From: Flaccisagitta enflata
Lineage: Eukaryota
Assembly: GCA_965153355.1 (NCBI GenBank)
Contig: OZ231126.1
Location: 44,764,001-44,828,000, forward strand
DNA: 64,000 nt
Direction of reading: 5' to 3'
Shown here in pieces: positions 1-16,209 of this stretch. A model generated the notes under the pieces. That model was not told the origin of the DNA. It saw nothing but the letters and a program-made list of their open reading frames with translations, and made no database searches. Every line of letters begins with the position of its first letter. Position 1 is the first letter of the stretch. The position numbers were made by a program, and so were the translations under genes.

Positions 1-11
1 GCCGACGTGAA

Positions 12-413
<402 letters not shown>

Positions 414-1156
414 TAATGTACAGAGACCCGTAATTCTTTTTCAACATTTTTTTATTTCATTCTTTTTCACATAAATCGAAAACTGTTTTTTTGACGCAAT
501 CATTAATTTCAAAACCCATTCAAAACTGTATATATCCATGATTGTATGCTTCATAAACGTGATTGATAGAATATTGTCAATCAGGATGAAACAAAAGACA
601 AGAGAACGACATGCTGAAAATCTTTTAATTCTCTTTTTCACTCTCTCTATCTCTCTTTAAATCGCGTTGAGAGGTAGAGAGAAAGAGAGATTGTTCACAG
701 AATATTCTGAAACTGAAGGTGTAAAAATGCAGAAAAAAAAAGAATAAAAATCGTTGGCGCAAGAAAAAATAAATTCAGTTTTGCGCGTGCTTCATCTGAA
801 GCGGATCGATCATCGACTGTCCGCGCGAAAAATAGAACGTATCCGCGTAACAAATGAATAACGTGAAATCACGTTACAAACGATGCGAAAATTTGGTAGC
901 GATGAATAAAAGATGGTTTTGTTCAGCAATTGGGATCTCGCGCGAAAGATTTTTCAGGTTGTTGGATTCATTCAAAAAGATTTTGGGGCGAACCTTCGAA
1001 GCTGCCTTTGCATGGGGTCGAGAAAGGAGGGGTGCATCATCATCATGTAGGTTTTTCGCTATCTCTCTTTCTCTGTTTCTCACTATCTCTCTTCCGCTCT
1101 ATCTTTTTCTTTTTTTTTTTTCAACCATTTTCTTCCTCTTTAAGTTTTATTCTGTT

Positions 1157-1212
<56 letters not shown>

Positions 1213-1277
1213 CTTTTTTGCCCACTTATCTACAAGAATCAATTTTTCAGGTCTTAATTATAGTTGTCCGTCGGTCT

Positions 1278-1341
<64 letters not shown>

Positions 1342-1536
1342 AGGCACCATTAACAATCGACTCAAGACTCCTGCTATTTTCCATTCTTAGCCAGCCCCCC
1401 CCCATGTTTGGTCTATTCATATAGCTTACATGGGTCGGGGACTGATGGAGCTGAGTCCCACGGTAAACAGCCCCTTGGTCTATTAATATAGCTTGGGGTC
1501 ACGACTACTGCTGACAAACTACATACAACGTAAATG

Positions 1537-1599
<63 letters not shown>

Positions 1600-2093
1600 A
1601 GTCGCATCAACGCTTGATGTTTCTTATTTATATATTTATTCATTATCAAAATTGCTCTGTACTTAATATGACTACTCACCTAAATGGGGTGTTTGTGTAA
1701 ATAGCTCCGAGCTTCCTAATTGTTGTATTTTACGGGGGGAAGGGATTTGTATCACTTTGTATCGAATCCATATCGCCCTTTTGTATTTGCTTGATGGCAT
1801 TCCGTGCTTTCTTTCATTTACAATAAATGTCTTTTCATTCATACAAGAATAGTAAAGTAATTTCTGTAGAAAAGTCATCAAAAGCAACACCTTCGCATAG
1901 TAACATCCTTGCACACGGTTGAAAGCTAGGTACCTGAGATCCTTGGACCTAAGATAAAGGCTGGATGGCTAACCAGAACAGGGTACCTATCTTAAATGTA
2001 AGAAACTGGGGTTTAAACAAGGCCGGATACACGGACTAAGACGTTACAAAGTAATGTTGTCCAACTCCATATTTTTTGACCTGGCGTTATATA

Positions 2094-2322
2094 TTTTTAG
2101 TCGCGTGCTATGCAACTCTACACCCCGCTATGTTGGTCCGTCGGTCGGTTGGTTGGTCAGTTGGTTGGACGGTTGGTCAGTCAGTCGGTCCCCTTTTTAT
2201 TTTTTTTGGCGTTTTTGAGCTTTTTGAGCTTACCGCTGCTGCCCAAATGCTCTAGTGATCTTATCCAGCACTGCCCCTGCCCACCTGCATGCGACTGGGG
2301 AAGCCGTGTATCCGGCCTTGTT
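2094..2322 (+). mobile_element. Helentron-like non-autonomous element (HINE/DINE-like), AGTCGCGTGC subfamily
   Basis: T-run, AGTCGCGTGC plus adjacent inverted copy, (GGTC/GGTT)n tract, 3' subTIR GCATGCGACT, hairpin GCCG-TGTATC-CGGC, then CTTGTT. The same architecture recurs at 39273-39500 (-). Confidence 0.7.
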
Positions 2323-2647
2323 AAACCTATCCCTAGCTCCATTCCTAGTCCTACCCTAGAGTTTTACCTGAAAATATCTCTAGCACCATGGCGAAAATGA
2401 TGATGAATGTGATGACCACTATGACATTTCCATAATTGCGATTTGATGTGAGTGATTTCTAGTGATTTTGGTCATTTTTGGTGATTTTCACCTCAGGCGT
2501 GACCGCCCAATCAACCAACCAACTGACCAACACACAGAGTCTCTTACAGAGGTGCGTTGACGCGCCTAAAAACGGATTTTTTGCCGTGACGTACAGATTT
2601 GGCCAAAGTGCTGAAATTGTTGTATGTCCATTTATCTGTCTGCCTGA

Positions 2648-2718
<71 letters not shown>

Positions 2719-3056
2719 CTACAGTCATGAATTAAGGTATACTTTTTCATTCTGCTCATGCTCTTCTATAATCAATGATAAAAGATCTGTATAAAAGGGC
2801 TTATCTATTGCTAAAACTCAATTGAGTTAACCTCGAGGTTCAGGTGTTAGGAAATTGTAACAACTGAAACAAGTGAATTAAATCGAAATATTTAGACGGC
2901 TTCCCAAGATCGAATTATGATCATGCAAAGGCGCATTCCATTAATAAGCACGCACGAAATGTTCAGGCGTGAGTTGACATGCACATGCATGTCCAGCCGC
3001 GCCGTTCCTCCTCCCATTCATGCGCCCTGGATCTCATATGTGACTCTGGGAATGTG

Positions 3057-3173
<117 letters not shown>

Positions 3174-3587
3174 CAAAGCATATACAGGCACACAAACACA
3201 AAACGTGGACAGAAAAGGCGCAAGAGAATGTGCAGAAAACAGACAAGAAGAACGACGGAGAGATAGACAGGAGGGGATAGTTGAATTGCAAAACAGAGTA
3301 AGATGTATCGACCGATAGATCTGGATTCGGAAACAAGAAGCAAGCCTGAAGGGTGGAGTCAGCTGCCAGCTCATTTGCTACGTAAACAAACAGCGACGGT
3401 CAAAGGTTTCTAGAACGTGATCGTTATTGATACGCCTCAGTAAGATGTCAAACTCATAATGAAACCTTCAAAACCACTTCGAAAAATATCAAAACACTCG
3501 AAACAGAAATAATTGAATAGGCCGCAATTAGCAAATTTTAGTCTTTTCCGACAACGTGAATTTTTTTCTCGCATGTGGTGTTTATTT

Positions 3588-3736
3588 CTAGTTGCGGACA
3601 CGCAACTCTGTTTGTGGCTTTGTCCGTCCGTCGGTCCGTCGATCCGTCAGTCAGAGTCGAAAAGCGGGAAAATGAGCTTTTTGGCCGCTCCTGCCCACCC
3701 GTCCGCAATGATATTGTGACCCCGCGCCACTTGTTT
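3588..3736 (+). mobile_element. HINE/DINE-like element, AGTTGCGGAC subfamily
   Basis: AGTTGCGGAC-ACGCAACT, (GTCC)n, 3' GTCCGCAA, GTGAC..CAC hairpin, TTGTTT. Homologous to 44839-45074 (-). Confidence 0.65.
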
Positions 3737-4154
3737 GATTGAAATGTGCTATCTCCTTTCATAAAAGACTGTTTCTTATTGCAACAATGAAATCATGATG
3801 AAAATATAAAAAAAGCTTGTTTATAAATGTAAAATGTGTTTAGTTTAACTCTAAGTAATGTGTTGAAATATCATCATTTCCTTCATCTAAAATTGTTTTC
3901 AGTAAATCAAACGTTCAATGAAATCATTTCTGGTTCTTATGAGGGCAGTGACTATGAGATTATCTGAATCATTAACAGATTTGATGGAATTGTTGGCTAT
4001 CATGGATTTCGCTTTTCGAAAAAGCCCATGAGAGAGAATTTTGTTGTTGCTGTTATTTGTTTTGATGGTGGTTTTCTGGTTGATTGTGTTGCTTTTTGTT
4101 GTGGCTTTAGTTTTATTTCATTATGCGATTGTATTCATGATTTTGTGGATACAA

Positions 4155-4640
<486 letters not shown>

Positions 4641-4700
4641 TCGACAATCAAATATTTGACCAAAATATCAAAACGTGGCGTGTACTTCTGCTGCTAACTA

Positions 4701-5035
4701 CCGTATTTCTTGTAATTAGCGCCCCGGGCGCTTTTGAAATTCATATTAAACATTGCTTTTTAAACCTGCAATTAGCGCCCCCTTTTCACTTATGTCTGAA
4801 TAAAGTTTTACAACATTTACACTTTTTTGACAATTTTATTACCATTCAATCAAAAGATCAAAAGATTTTGTTCTTTTGCATCTTTTTCTCTTATAGTTTT
4901 TGCCAAAGAAACCTTGTTTTTTAGAAATCTTCTATGATCTTTTTCAAAAAGTCATCTTCATCATTACCTCATTCTTTCATGACAAAGGGGGGGGGGCGCT
5001 AATTAGAGGGGGGGCGATAAATGCAAGAAATACGG
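4701..5035. mobile_element. MITE, Tc1/mariner-pogo (Tc2-like) type, 335 bp
   Basis: TIRs CCGTATTTCTTGTAATTAGCGCCCC / GGGGCGATAAATGCAAGAAATACGG, flanked by TA on both sides (4699-4700, 5036-5037). Confidence 0.85.
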
Positions 5036-5387
5036 TATACAACTTTGCAAGAGTGACTTGGGTGTTCAAGGTCAGATTCTTTCATTATAAAGATGTGCGA
5101 TAGGTCAGGTAAACCACGCGCGTAACAGAGATTCTCCGAGGGATCAATTACAATAAAATTGAGGGATTTGTTATTTTTTCTACTTCAACATCCTCACCGA
5201 CGTCTGCTCCCTCTCTTTCGTCGACCCCACCACCCCTCCTCTTAACCAGTCAGCACCCTCGTCAAGCGAGAAGATGAAATCGAATATCAAGTAAGAATAA
5301 CAATACTTCTGCTATGAATTATGATCAAAATTCAAGTCGCTGTCTTGGGCCGTCGCCTCGCTCGGTCAGTTATTCGGGCAGTCGGTT

Positions 5388-6293
<906 letters not shown>

Positions 6294-6694
6294 GTCGCAT
6301 AACTATCAGATGGTAAGCGCTACCCGTTGCCCCGTATGAGCAGCTAGCAGATGCTATCTTAGAATAGAGGTTAATCGCATTGTTAAAGCCTGCTAATCTT
6401 GCATGAACACTCAAGCTATCTCAGAAATACTTTTATACTTCAAGAAAATCTTATCCCTTTATTTTCTTACTTGAGGTTGAGCCGCTGGGAGCCGCTGGGA
6501 GCCGCTCCACCCGGCTCAACCATGCAATGAGAATGTTTTCTTTTTGGCTCTTTTGCCATTAGGAAAATCTAATAGATCTTAACACATTTGACCTCCGCAG
6601 GATAACCAAAGATGATTTTCTGACTGGCTCAAAAATTTTTCATCCAATGTTTTCTCTTTGGCTCAAGCAATATCAAAACTTGTTTCCTTGTCAT

Positions 6695-7410
<716 letters not shown>

Positions 7411-7546
7411 AAAAACAGGGTGTCACACAATACTTCATTTTCTTCTTGGCTCATCTCACTACTGAAATTACTATTTAAACATGATTGCCAAATATGGGCA
7501 TTTGTAGTTCTCATAAGATTAATTGACCAATAGAAAACACCTTGCT

Positions 7547-10500
7547 GAAAATTTGCCTTGCTATTGGGTACCACTGCCGTCTAGACATCCTCACTTGTTA
7601 TCTGGTTTCTTATTGGCTCAAAATGAAGAGGTGTGATCTTGGATTCTTATATAAGACCAAAAAAATGAATATCCCTGGGGTGGGGTAAACTGCTGATGTT
7701 GCTTAAGTGGATAACAACCAGCCATTATTGACATGAGCCTCAAATAAAACTTTTCAAAGGAATTTTCGTGTAGGCTCATGAAATGCATCCATATTTAGGG
7801 CTGTCACGATTAAGTCAAAAGCTGCTTTGGCCTCAGAATGAGCCACCGGGAAAACTTTCTGTTGTGCAATCTTGAGCCACCTAGAAAACTTCCTATTGTT
7901 CAATATTGAGCCCCCTGGAAAACATTCTATTGTGCCAATAGGAAAATGAATCAAACTATTTTCTATATGGCTCTACCTGGCCAATACTTAAAAGTCTTGC
8001 TTTGAGAGAGACTGCTAATCTGAGGTGAACCTTTGTGGGAGATTAGCAATCTGAGCAGTCAGCTCTGAGGAGGTCAATATATGTTGATTGATAAAGAGCC
8101 ACTTAAAAAACCATTTCATTGAGCCTTGTAGAAATCACTTGATTTGCCACAAAAGTGACATTTAGAAAATTTTTAAGAAGGGTGACAAGAGGGGCTAGCG
8201 GGGTTGAAACTAATGTTAAACCACTTTTACTTATCACCCAAAGAGGATCTCTGATTTGATCTGAGGATGACCTATATGTATATATATGTATATATAAAGG
8301 GGCTTTTGGTCAAAATGGGGTGGTGATCTGGGGATAAGCCAAATCAGGCTTAACATGTAAGTCAACCCCGCTAGCCCCTCATGTCACTAGTTCTCCCCTT
8401 GTTAGACCACACAGGTGTTCTCTGATCATTTATCAGGTGGCTCAATGGCTGATATCATCAGTAAAGTATCCTTTCCTCTGTAGGCTTCACTGTGGTTGAG
8501 GTAGTAATGCTTGACTTTGTGGATTAAGAATGCATCCAACAAGTGTTCTTCAATCATTTTTCAGGTGGCTCAGTGGTTAGAATCTGCAGTGAATAAGCTG
8601 CCTCTCAGCAGATGTCACCATGGAGTGGGGTTGCAAAGCACCGTGGTTTGGGCTTTGAATGCACTCTGGATGTGGTTGGCTGCTGTTGTTGCCTTAGTAG
8701 ATAACAGCCAGCTATTATTGACATGTGAATACAATTGAGCCTCACAGAAAACTTTCAAGACTGTTTTCAAGTGGGCTCATAAAATGCACCTGCATTTAGG
8801 GCTCTCACATTTAGGTAAAAAACTGTTTCTCCCTCAGTAGGTAGCACTCTTATTTCAAGTAAAATACATGAATGAGCCACCTGGAAAACTTTCTGTTGTG
8901 CAATATTGAGCCACCTAGAAAACTTTATATTGTGCAATATTGAGCCCCCTGGAAAACATTCTATTGTGCCAATAGGAAAATGAATCAAACTATTTTCTAT
9001 ATGGCTCTACCTGGCCAATACTTAAAAGTCTTGCTCTGAGAGAGACTGCTAATCTGAGGTGAACCTTTGTGGGAGATTAGCAATCTGAGCAGTCAGCTCT
9101 GAGGAGGTCAATATATGCTGATTGATAAAGAGCCACCTAGAAAACCATTTCATTGAGCCATGTAGAAATCACTTGATTTGCCACAAAAGTGACATTTAGA
9201 AAATTTTTAAGAAGGATGACAAGAGGGGCTAGCGGGGTTGAAACTAATGTTAAACCACTTTTACTTATCACCCAAAGAGGATCTCTGATTTGATCTGAGG
9301 ATGACCTATATGTATATATATGTATATATAAAGGGGCTTTTGGTCAAAATGGGTTGGTGATCTGGGGATAAGCCAAATCAGGCTTAACATGTAAGTCAAC
9401 CCCCCTAGCCCCTCATGTCACTAGTTCTCCCCTTGTTAGACCACACAGGTGTTCTTTGATCATTTATCAGGTGGCTCAATGGCTGATATCATCAGTAAAG
9501 TAGGAGTCACTCTGGAGTGAGGTAGCAATGCTTGGTTTTATGGGTGAAGAATGCACCCAACAAGTGTTCTCTGATCATTTTTCTGGTGGCTCAGTGGTTA
9601 GAATCTGCAGTGAATAAGCTGCCTCTCTGCAGATCTCACCATGGAGTGGGGTTGCAAAACACCGTGGTGTGGGCTTTGAATGCACTCTGGATGTGGTTGG
9701 CTGCTGTTGATGCCTTAGTAGATGACAGCCAGCTATTATTGACATTCGGATACAATTGAGCTTCCTAGAAAACTTTCAAGACTGTTTTCAAGTAGGCTCA
9801 TATAATGCACCCATATTTAGGGCTCTCACATTTAGGTAAAAAACTGTTTCTCTCTCAGTAGGTAACACTCTTATTTCAAGTAAAATACATGAATGAGCCA
9901 CCTGGAAAACTTTCTGTTGTGCAATATTGAGCCACCTAGAAAATTTTATATTGTTCAATATTGAGCCCCCTGGAAAACATTCTATTGTGCCAATAGGAAA
10001 ATGAATCAAACTATTTTCTATATGGCTCTACCTGGCCAATACTTAAAAGTCTTGCTCTGAGAGAGACTGCTAATCTGAGGTGAACCTTTGTGGGAGATTA
10101 GCAATCTGAGCAGTCAGCTCTGAGGAGGTCAATATATGCTGATTGATAAAGAGCCACCTAGAAAACCATTTCATTGAGCCTTGTAGAAATCACTTGATTT
10201 GCCACAAAAGTGACATTTAGAAAATTTTTAAGAAGGGTGACAAGAGGGGCTAGCGGGGTTGAAACTAATGTTAAACCACTTTTACTTATCACCCAAAGAG
10301 GATCTCTGATTTGATCTGAGGATGACCTATATGTATAAATATGTATATACAGGGTCATCCACCTGAGTTGTCGGATTCTGTTAAGCTTTTATTCCTTCAT
10401 GCTAAGAGACATGAATTTGAAATTAATCAAGTCTTGAAGAGTATAGATTGACATTTTTTTTATCAAAATTTCAGTCATTTTGGTCATGTAGTTTGTCTTT

Positions 10501-13500
10501 TATATAAATTTGAAGTGGCATGAGTATTTTCAAAAATGGCAGATTTTCCATCAAATATCAAGAGTTCTGTTTGGCTTCATTTCATTTTTTTTAAAATATT
10601 CATGCCATAGAGATAAGATTAATCTTAAATGATAGATAAGCTGAGAAACGTTTTAAACTACTTCAAAAACATCACCGATTCAAGCCTTTTCTGGATTGAT
10701 GATTCAAAAAAATTATGATGTTAACCTGCACAATTCCTGAAATTTATTGGAAAATCTGCCCATTCCTGAAATAAAAGTTTTATGTTCAAATCCATGTAGA
10801 AGACAAACTACTAGACCAAAATGGATGAAATTTTGACACAACAAACGTCAATGTATACTCTTTAAGACTAGATCAATTTCAAATACATGACTTGTAGCAT
10901 CTGAGAGTAAAAGCTTAATAAAATCCGACAACTCAGCTGGATGACCCTGTATAAAGGGGCTTTTGGTCAAAATGGGGTGGTGATCTGGGGATAAGCCAAA
11001 TCAGGCTTAACATGTAAGTCAACCCCGCTAGCCCCTCATATCACTAGTTCTCCCCTTGTTAGACCACACAGGTGTTCTCTGATCATTTATCAGGTGGCTC
11101 AATGGCTGATATCATCAGTAAAGTATCCTTTCCTCTTAAGGCTTCACTGTGGAGTGAGGTAGTAATGCTTGACTTTGTGGATTAAGATTGCATCCAACAA
11201 GTGTTCTTCAATCATTTTTCAGGTGGCTCAGTGGTTAGAATCTGCAGTGAATAAGCTGCCTCTCAGCAGATGTCACCATGGAGTGGGGTTGCAAAGCAAC
11301 GTGGTTTGGGCTTTGAATGCACTCTGGATGTGGTTGGCTGCTGTTGTTGCCTTAGTAGATAACAGCCAGCTATTATTGACATGTGAATACAATTGAGCCT
11401 CCTAGAAAACTTTCAAGACTGTTTTCAAGTGGGCTCATAAAATGCACCTGCATTTAGGGCTCTCACATTTAGGTAAAAAACTGTTTCTCCCTCAGTAGGT
11501 AGCACTCTTATTTCAAGTAAAATTCATGAATGAGCCACCTGGAAAACTTTCTGTTGTGCAACATTGAGCCACCTAGAAAAGTTTATATTGTTCAATATTG
11601 AGCCCCCTGGAAAACATTCTATTGTGCCAATAGGAAAATGAATCAAACTATTTTCTATATGGCTCTACCTGGCCAATACTTAAAAGTCTTGCTCTGAGAG
11701 AGACTGCTAATCTGAGGTGAACCTTTGTGGGAGATTAGCAATCTGAGCAGTCAGCTCTGAGGAGGTCAATATATGCTGATTGATAAAGAGCCACTTAGAA
11801 AACCATTTCATTGAGCCTTGTAGAAATCACTTGATTTGCCATAAAAGTGACATTTAGAAAATTTTTAAGAAGGATGACAAGAGGGGCTAGTGGGGTTGAA
11901 ACTAATGTTAAACCACTTTTACTTATCACCCAAAGAGGATCTCTGATTTGATCTGAGGATGACCTATATGTATATATATGTATATATAAAGGGGCTTTTG
12001 GTCAAAATGGGGTGGTGATCTGGGGATAAGCCAAATCAGGCTTAACATGTAAGTCAACCCCGCTAGCCCCTCATGTCACTAGTTCTCCCCTTGTTAGACC
12101 ACACAGGTGTTCTCTGATCATTTATCAGGTGGCTCAATGGCTGATATCATCAGTAAAGTATCCTCTCCTCTGTAGGCGTCACTGTGGAGTGAGGTAGCAA
12201 TGCTTGGTTTTGTGGGCTAAGAAGGCACCCAACAAGTGTTCTCTGATCATTTTTCAGGTGGCTCAGTGGTTAGAATCTGCAGTGAATAAGCTGCCTCTCA
12301 GCAGATGTCACCATGGAGTTGGGTTGCAAAACACCATGGTGTGGGCTTTGAATGCACTCTGGATGTGGTTCGCTGCTCTTGATGCCTATTATTGTCACAT
12401 GGATACAATTGAGCCTCCTAGAAAACTTTCAAGACTGTTTTCAAGTAGGCTCATAAAATGAACCCATATTTAGGGCTCTCACATTTAGGTAAAAAACTGT
12501 TTCTCTCTCAGTAGGTAGCACTCTTATTTCAAGTAAAATACATGAAGGAGCCACCTGGAAAACTTTCTGTTGTGCACTGTCTGTCACCATGGAATGGGGT
12601 TGCAAAACACCGTGGTGTGAGCTTTGAATGCACTCTGGATGTGGTTGGCTGCTGTTGATGCCTTAGTAGATGACAGCCAGCTATTATTGACATTCGGATA
12701 CAATTGAGCTTCCTAGAAAACTTTCAAGACTGTTTTCAAGTAGGCTCATATAATGCACCCATATTTAGGGCTCTCACATTTAGGTAAAAAACTGTTTCTC
12801 CCTCAGTAGGTAGCACTCTTATTTCAAGTAAAATACATGAATGAGCCACCTGGAAAACTTTCTGTTGTGCAGTATTGAGCCACCTAGAAAACTTTATTTT
12901 GTGCAAAATTGAGCCCCCTGGAAAACATTCTATTGTGCCAATAGGAAAATGAATCAAACTATTTTCTATATGGCTCTACCTGGCCAATACTTAAAAGTCT
13001 TGCTCTGAGAGAGACTGCTAATTTGAGGTGAGCCTTTGTGGGAGATTAGCAATCTGAGTAGTCAGCTCTGAGGAGGTCAATATATGCTGATTGGTAAAGA
13101 GCCACTTAAAAAACCATTTCATTGAGCCTTGTAGAAATCACTTGATTTGCCACAAAAGTGACATTTAGAAAATTTTTAAGAAGGGTGACAAGAGGGGCTA
13201 GCGGGGTTGAAACTAATGTTAAACCATTTTTACTTATCACCAAAAGAGGATCTCTGATTTGATCTGAGGATGACCTATATGTATATATATGTATTTATAA
13301 AGGGGCTTTTGGTCAAAATGGGGTGGTGATCTGGGGATAAGCCAAATCAGGCTTAACATGTAAGTCAACCCCGCTAGCCCCTCATGTCACTAGTTCTCCC
13401 CTTGTTAGACCACACAGGTGTTCACTGATTATTTATCAGGTGGCTCAATGGCTGATATCATCAGTAAAGTATCCTCTCCTCTGTTTCTCCCTCAGTAGGT

Positions 13501-15160
13501 AGCACTCTTATTTCAAGTAAAATACATGAATGAGCCACCTGGAAAACTTTCTGTTGTGCAATATTGAGCCACCTAGAAAACTTTATATTGTGCAATATTG
13601 AGCCCCCTGGAAAACATTATATTGTGCCAATAGGAAAATGAATTAAACTATTTTCTATTTGGCTCTACATGGCCAATACTTAAAAGTCTTGCTCTGAGAG
13701 AGAAAATTTGCCTTGCTATTGGGTACCACTGCCGTCTAGACATCCTCACTTGTTATCTGGTTTCTTATTGGCTCAAAATGAAGAGGTGTGATCTTGGATT
13801 CTTATATAAGACCAAAAAAATGAATATCCCTGGGGTGGGGTAAACTGCTGATGTTGCTTAAGTGGATAACAACCAGCCATTATTGACATGAGCCTCAAAT
13901 AAAACTTTTCAAAGGAATTTTCGTGTAGGCTCATGAAATGCATCCATATTTAGGGCTGTCACGATTAAGTCAAAAGCTGCTTTGGCCTCAGAATGAGCCA
14001 CCGGGAAAACTTTCTGTTGTGCAATATTGAGCCACCTAGAAAACTTTATATTGTGCAATATTGAGCCCCCTGGAAAACATTATATTTTGCCAATAGGAAA
14101 ATGAATCAAACTATTTTCTATTTGGCTCTACATGGCCAATACTTAAAAGTCTTGCTCTGAGAGAGACTGCTAATCTGAGATGAACCTTTGTGCGAGATTA
14201 GCAATCTGAGCAGTCAGCTCTGAGGAGGTCCATATATGCTCATTGATAAAGAGCCACTTAAAAAACCATTTCATTGAGCCTTGTAGAAATCACTTGATTT
14301 GCCACAAAAGCGACATTTAGAAAATTTTTAAGAAGGGTGACAAGAGGGGCTAGCGGGGTTGAAACTAATGTTAAACCATTTTTACTTATCTTCCAAAGAT
14401 GATCTCTGATTTGATCTGAGGATGACCTATATGTATATATATGTATATATAAAGGGGCTTTTGGTCAAAATGGGGTGGTGATCTGGGGATAAGCCAAATC
14501 AGGCTTAACATATAAGTCAACCCTGCTAGCCCCTCATGTCACTAGTTCTCCCCTTGTTAGACCACACAGGTGTTCTCTGATCATTTATCAGGTGGCTCAA
14601 TGGCTGATATCATCAGTAAAGTATCCTCTCCTCTGTAGGCGTCACTGTGGAGTGAGGTAGCAATGCTTGGTTTTTTGGGTCAAGAATGCACCCAACAAGT
14701 GTTCTCTGATCATTTTACAGGTGGCTCAGTGGTTAGAATCTGCAGTGAATATGCTGCCTCTCAGCAGATGTCACCATGGAGTGGGGTTGCAAAGCGCCGT
14801 GGACCACGGTCCGTGGTTTGGGCTTTGAATGTACTCTGGATGTGGTTGACTGCTGTTGTTGCCTTAGTAGATAACAGTCAGCTATTATTGACTTAAGAAA
14901 ACTATTGAGCCACCCTGAAAACTTTTCAAGAATGGTTTAAAGAAGGCTCATAAAGTGCGCCCTTATTTAAGGCTATAACATTTAGACAAAAGATTATATC
15001 ACCCTCAGTAAGTGGCACTCTTATTTCAAGTAATATACTTGAATGAGCCACCTGGAAAACTTTTTGTTGTGCAACATTGAGCCACTGGGAAAACTTTATA
15101 TTGTTCAATATTGAGCCACTTGGAAAACATTCAATGGAGCCACTTAGAAAACTTGGACTT
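7547..15160. repeat. Satellite array 1, ~1.02-1.03 kb unit, about 6-7 units, rich in GAGCCAC motifs
   Basis: A landmark cassette recurs at 8182, 9216, 10237, 11874, 13185 and 14337. The array's opening segment (7547 onward) reappears at 13703. Confidence 0.95.
10350..10949. mobile_element. MITE, Tc1/mariner type, 600 bp, inserted in one satellite unit
   Basis: TIRs CAGGGTCATCCA(C/G)CTGAGTTGTCGGATT. TA is duplicated (10348-49, 10950-51), and sibling units show the empty site ATGTATA-TA-TAAAGGGG. Confidence 0.95.
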
Positions 15161-15647
15161 AGTATTTTCAGCCTTTCTGCCTGGCTCCTGCAAGATTTTC
15201 TTAAGAAAAACCCAAGTAGGATTCTCCGCTATTGAGCCGCTGAAAAAATGGAGTGAAATACCGAGGGGTGAATATGCTAAGTCCAAGTTTTCCGGGCGGC
15301 TCTTTGGATATCTTTTAGACGTCTCCATGGTGACTACAATCAGATTTCTTTCCATTTTCCATATGACTCAAAAAAGTTTTCCTTCTGTCTCAGGCACTGA
15401 TAAGCACTGAAAATGAGTTCAAGTGGCAGGGGCTAGGTTGCTCCGTTGCCCAGAGGTCACTTTCCCTCTATTCTTATTTTTCATTTGTCTCCATCGTTAC
15501 CCATCTTTATCCTTATTTTCTGTTTGTCTCTATCCTCATCCTAATCTTCTGTTTGTCTCCATCTTTATCCTTGTTTTCTGTCTGTCCCCATCAATATTCT
15601 TATTTTCTGCCTGTCTCAATCTTTGTCCTCATTTTCTGTCTGTCTCC

Positions 15648-16201
15648 TTTTTGGGCAGCGGCCCCAAAGGGCCGATGTCCTGTAGGTCACAGGGGTGAAT
15701 TTCCATACGTCCGTCCGTCCGTCCCCCCCTCCAAAGCTTCTCAAGCCTCTCAGGCTTCAAATCCAGCCTCTCAGGCCTCAAATCTGGCCTCTCAGGCCTC
15801 AAATCTGGCCTCTCATGCCTCAAATCTGGCCTCTCAGGCCTCAAATCTAGCCTCTCGAGCCTCAAATCCAGCCTTTCGAGCCTCAAATCTAGCCTCTCAG
15901 GCCTCAAAATCAGTCTCTTGGGCCTCAAATTCAGCCTCTTGGGCCCTAAATCCAGCCTCTCAGGCTCAAAATCCCATTGAACAACATGGCAAATTGACAA
16001 AAAATTGAAAAAATGCAATATTCCCAATGAATATCACGGAACATTACTCCAAATATGCCTTCTCAGGACGTATGGAAATTCACCCCTGTGTCCTACGGCC
16101 CTTTGGGGCCGCTGCCCTGCTCTCACTCCACTTCTTCAGCTAATCACTCAAAGCAGGGCATCGGGTACCGCTGACCATGTGCGATCCTTGGATGACTTGT
16201 T
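15648..16201 (+). mobile_element. Dispersed GGGCAGCGGCCCC-family element with central 21-bp minisatellite
   Basis: TTTTTGGGCAGCGGCCCC..., internal inverted GGGGCCGCTGCCC, central (TCAGGCCTCAAATCTGGCCTC)n, 3' ATCC-TT-GGAT hairpin, then TTGTT. Confidence 0.75.
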
Positions 16202-16209
16202 ATCCCCAT

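Noticed and set aside
8425-8465. Hammerhead ribozyme (retrozyme) candidate in satellite 1: minus-strand CTGATGA followed by stem TATCAG/CTGATA
   Set aside because: The stem is followed by AATG rather than the required GAAA, and I could not build stems I and III.
15553-16027. ORFs with heptad-like SQASNLA / RPERLDL repeats
   Set aside because: Translations of the 21-bp minisatellite core of a dispersed non-coding element.
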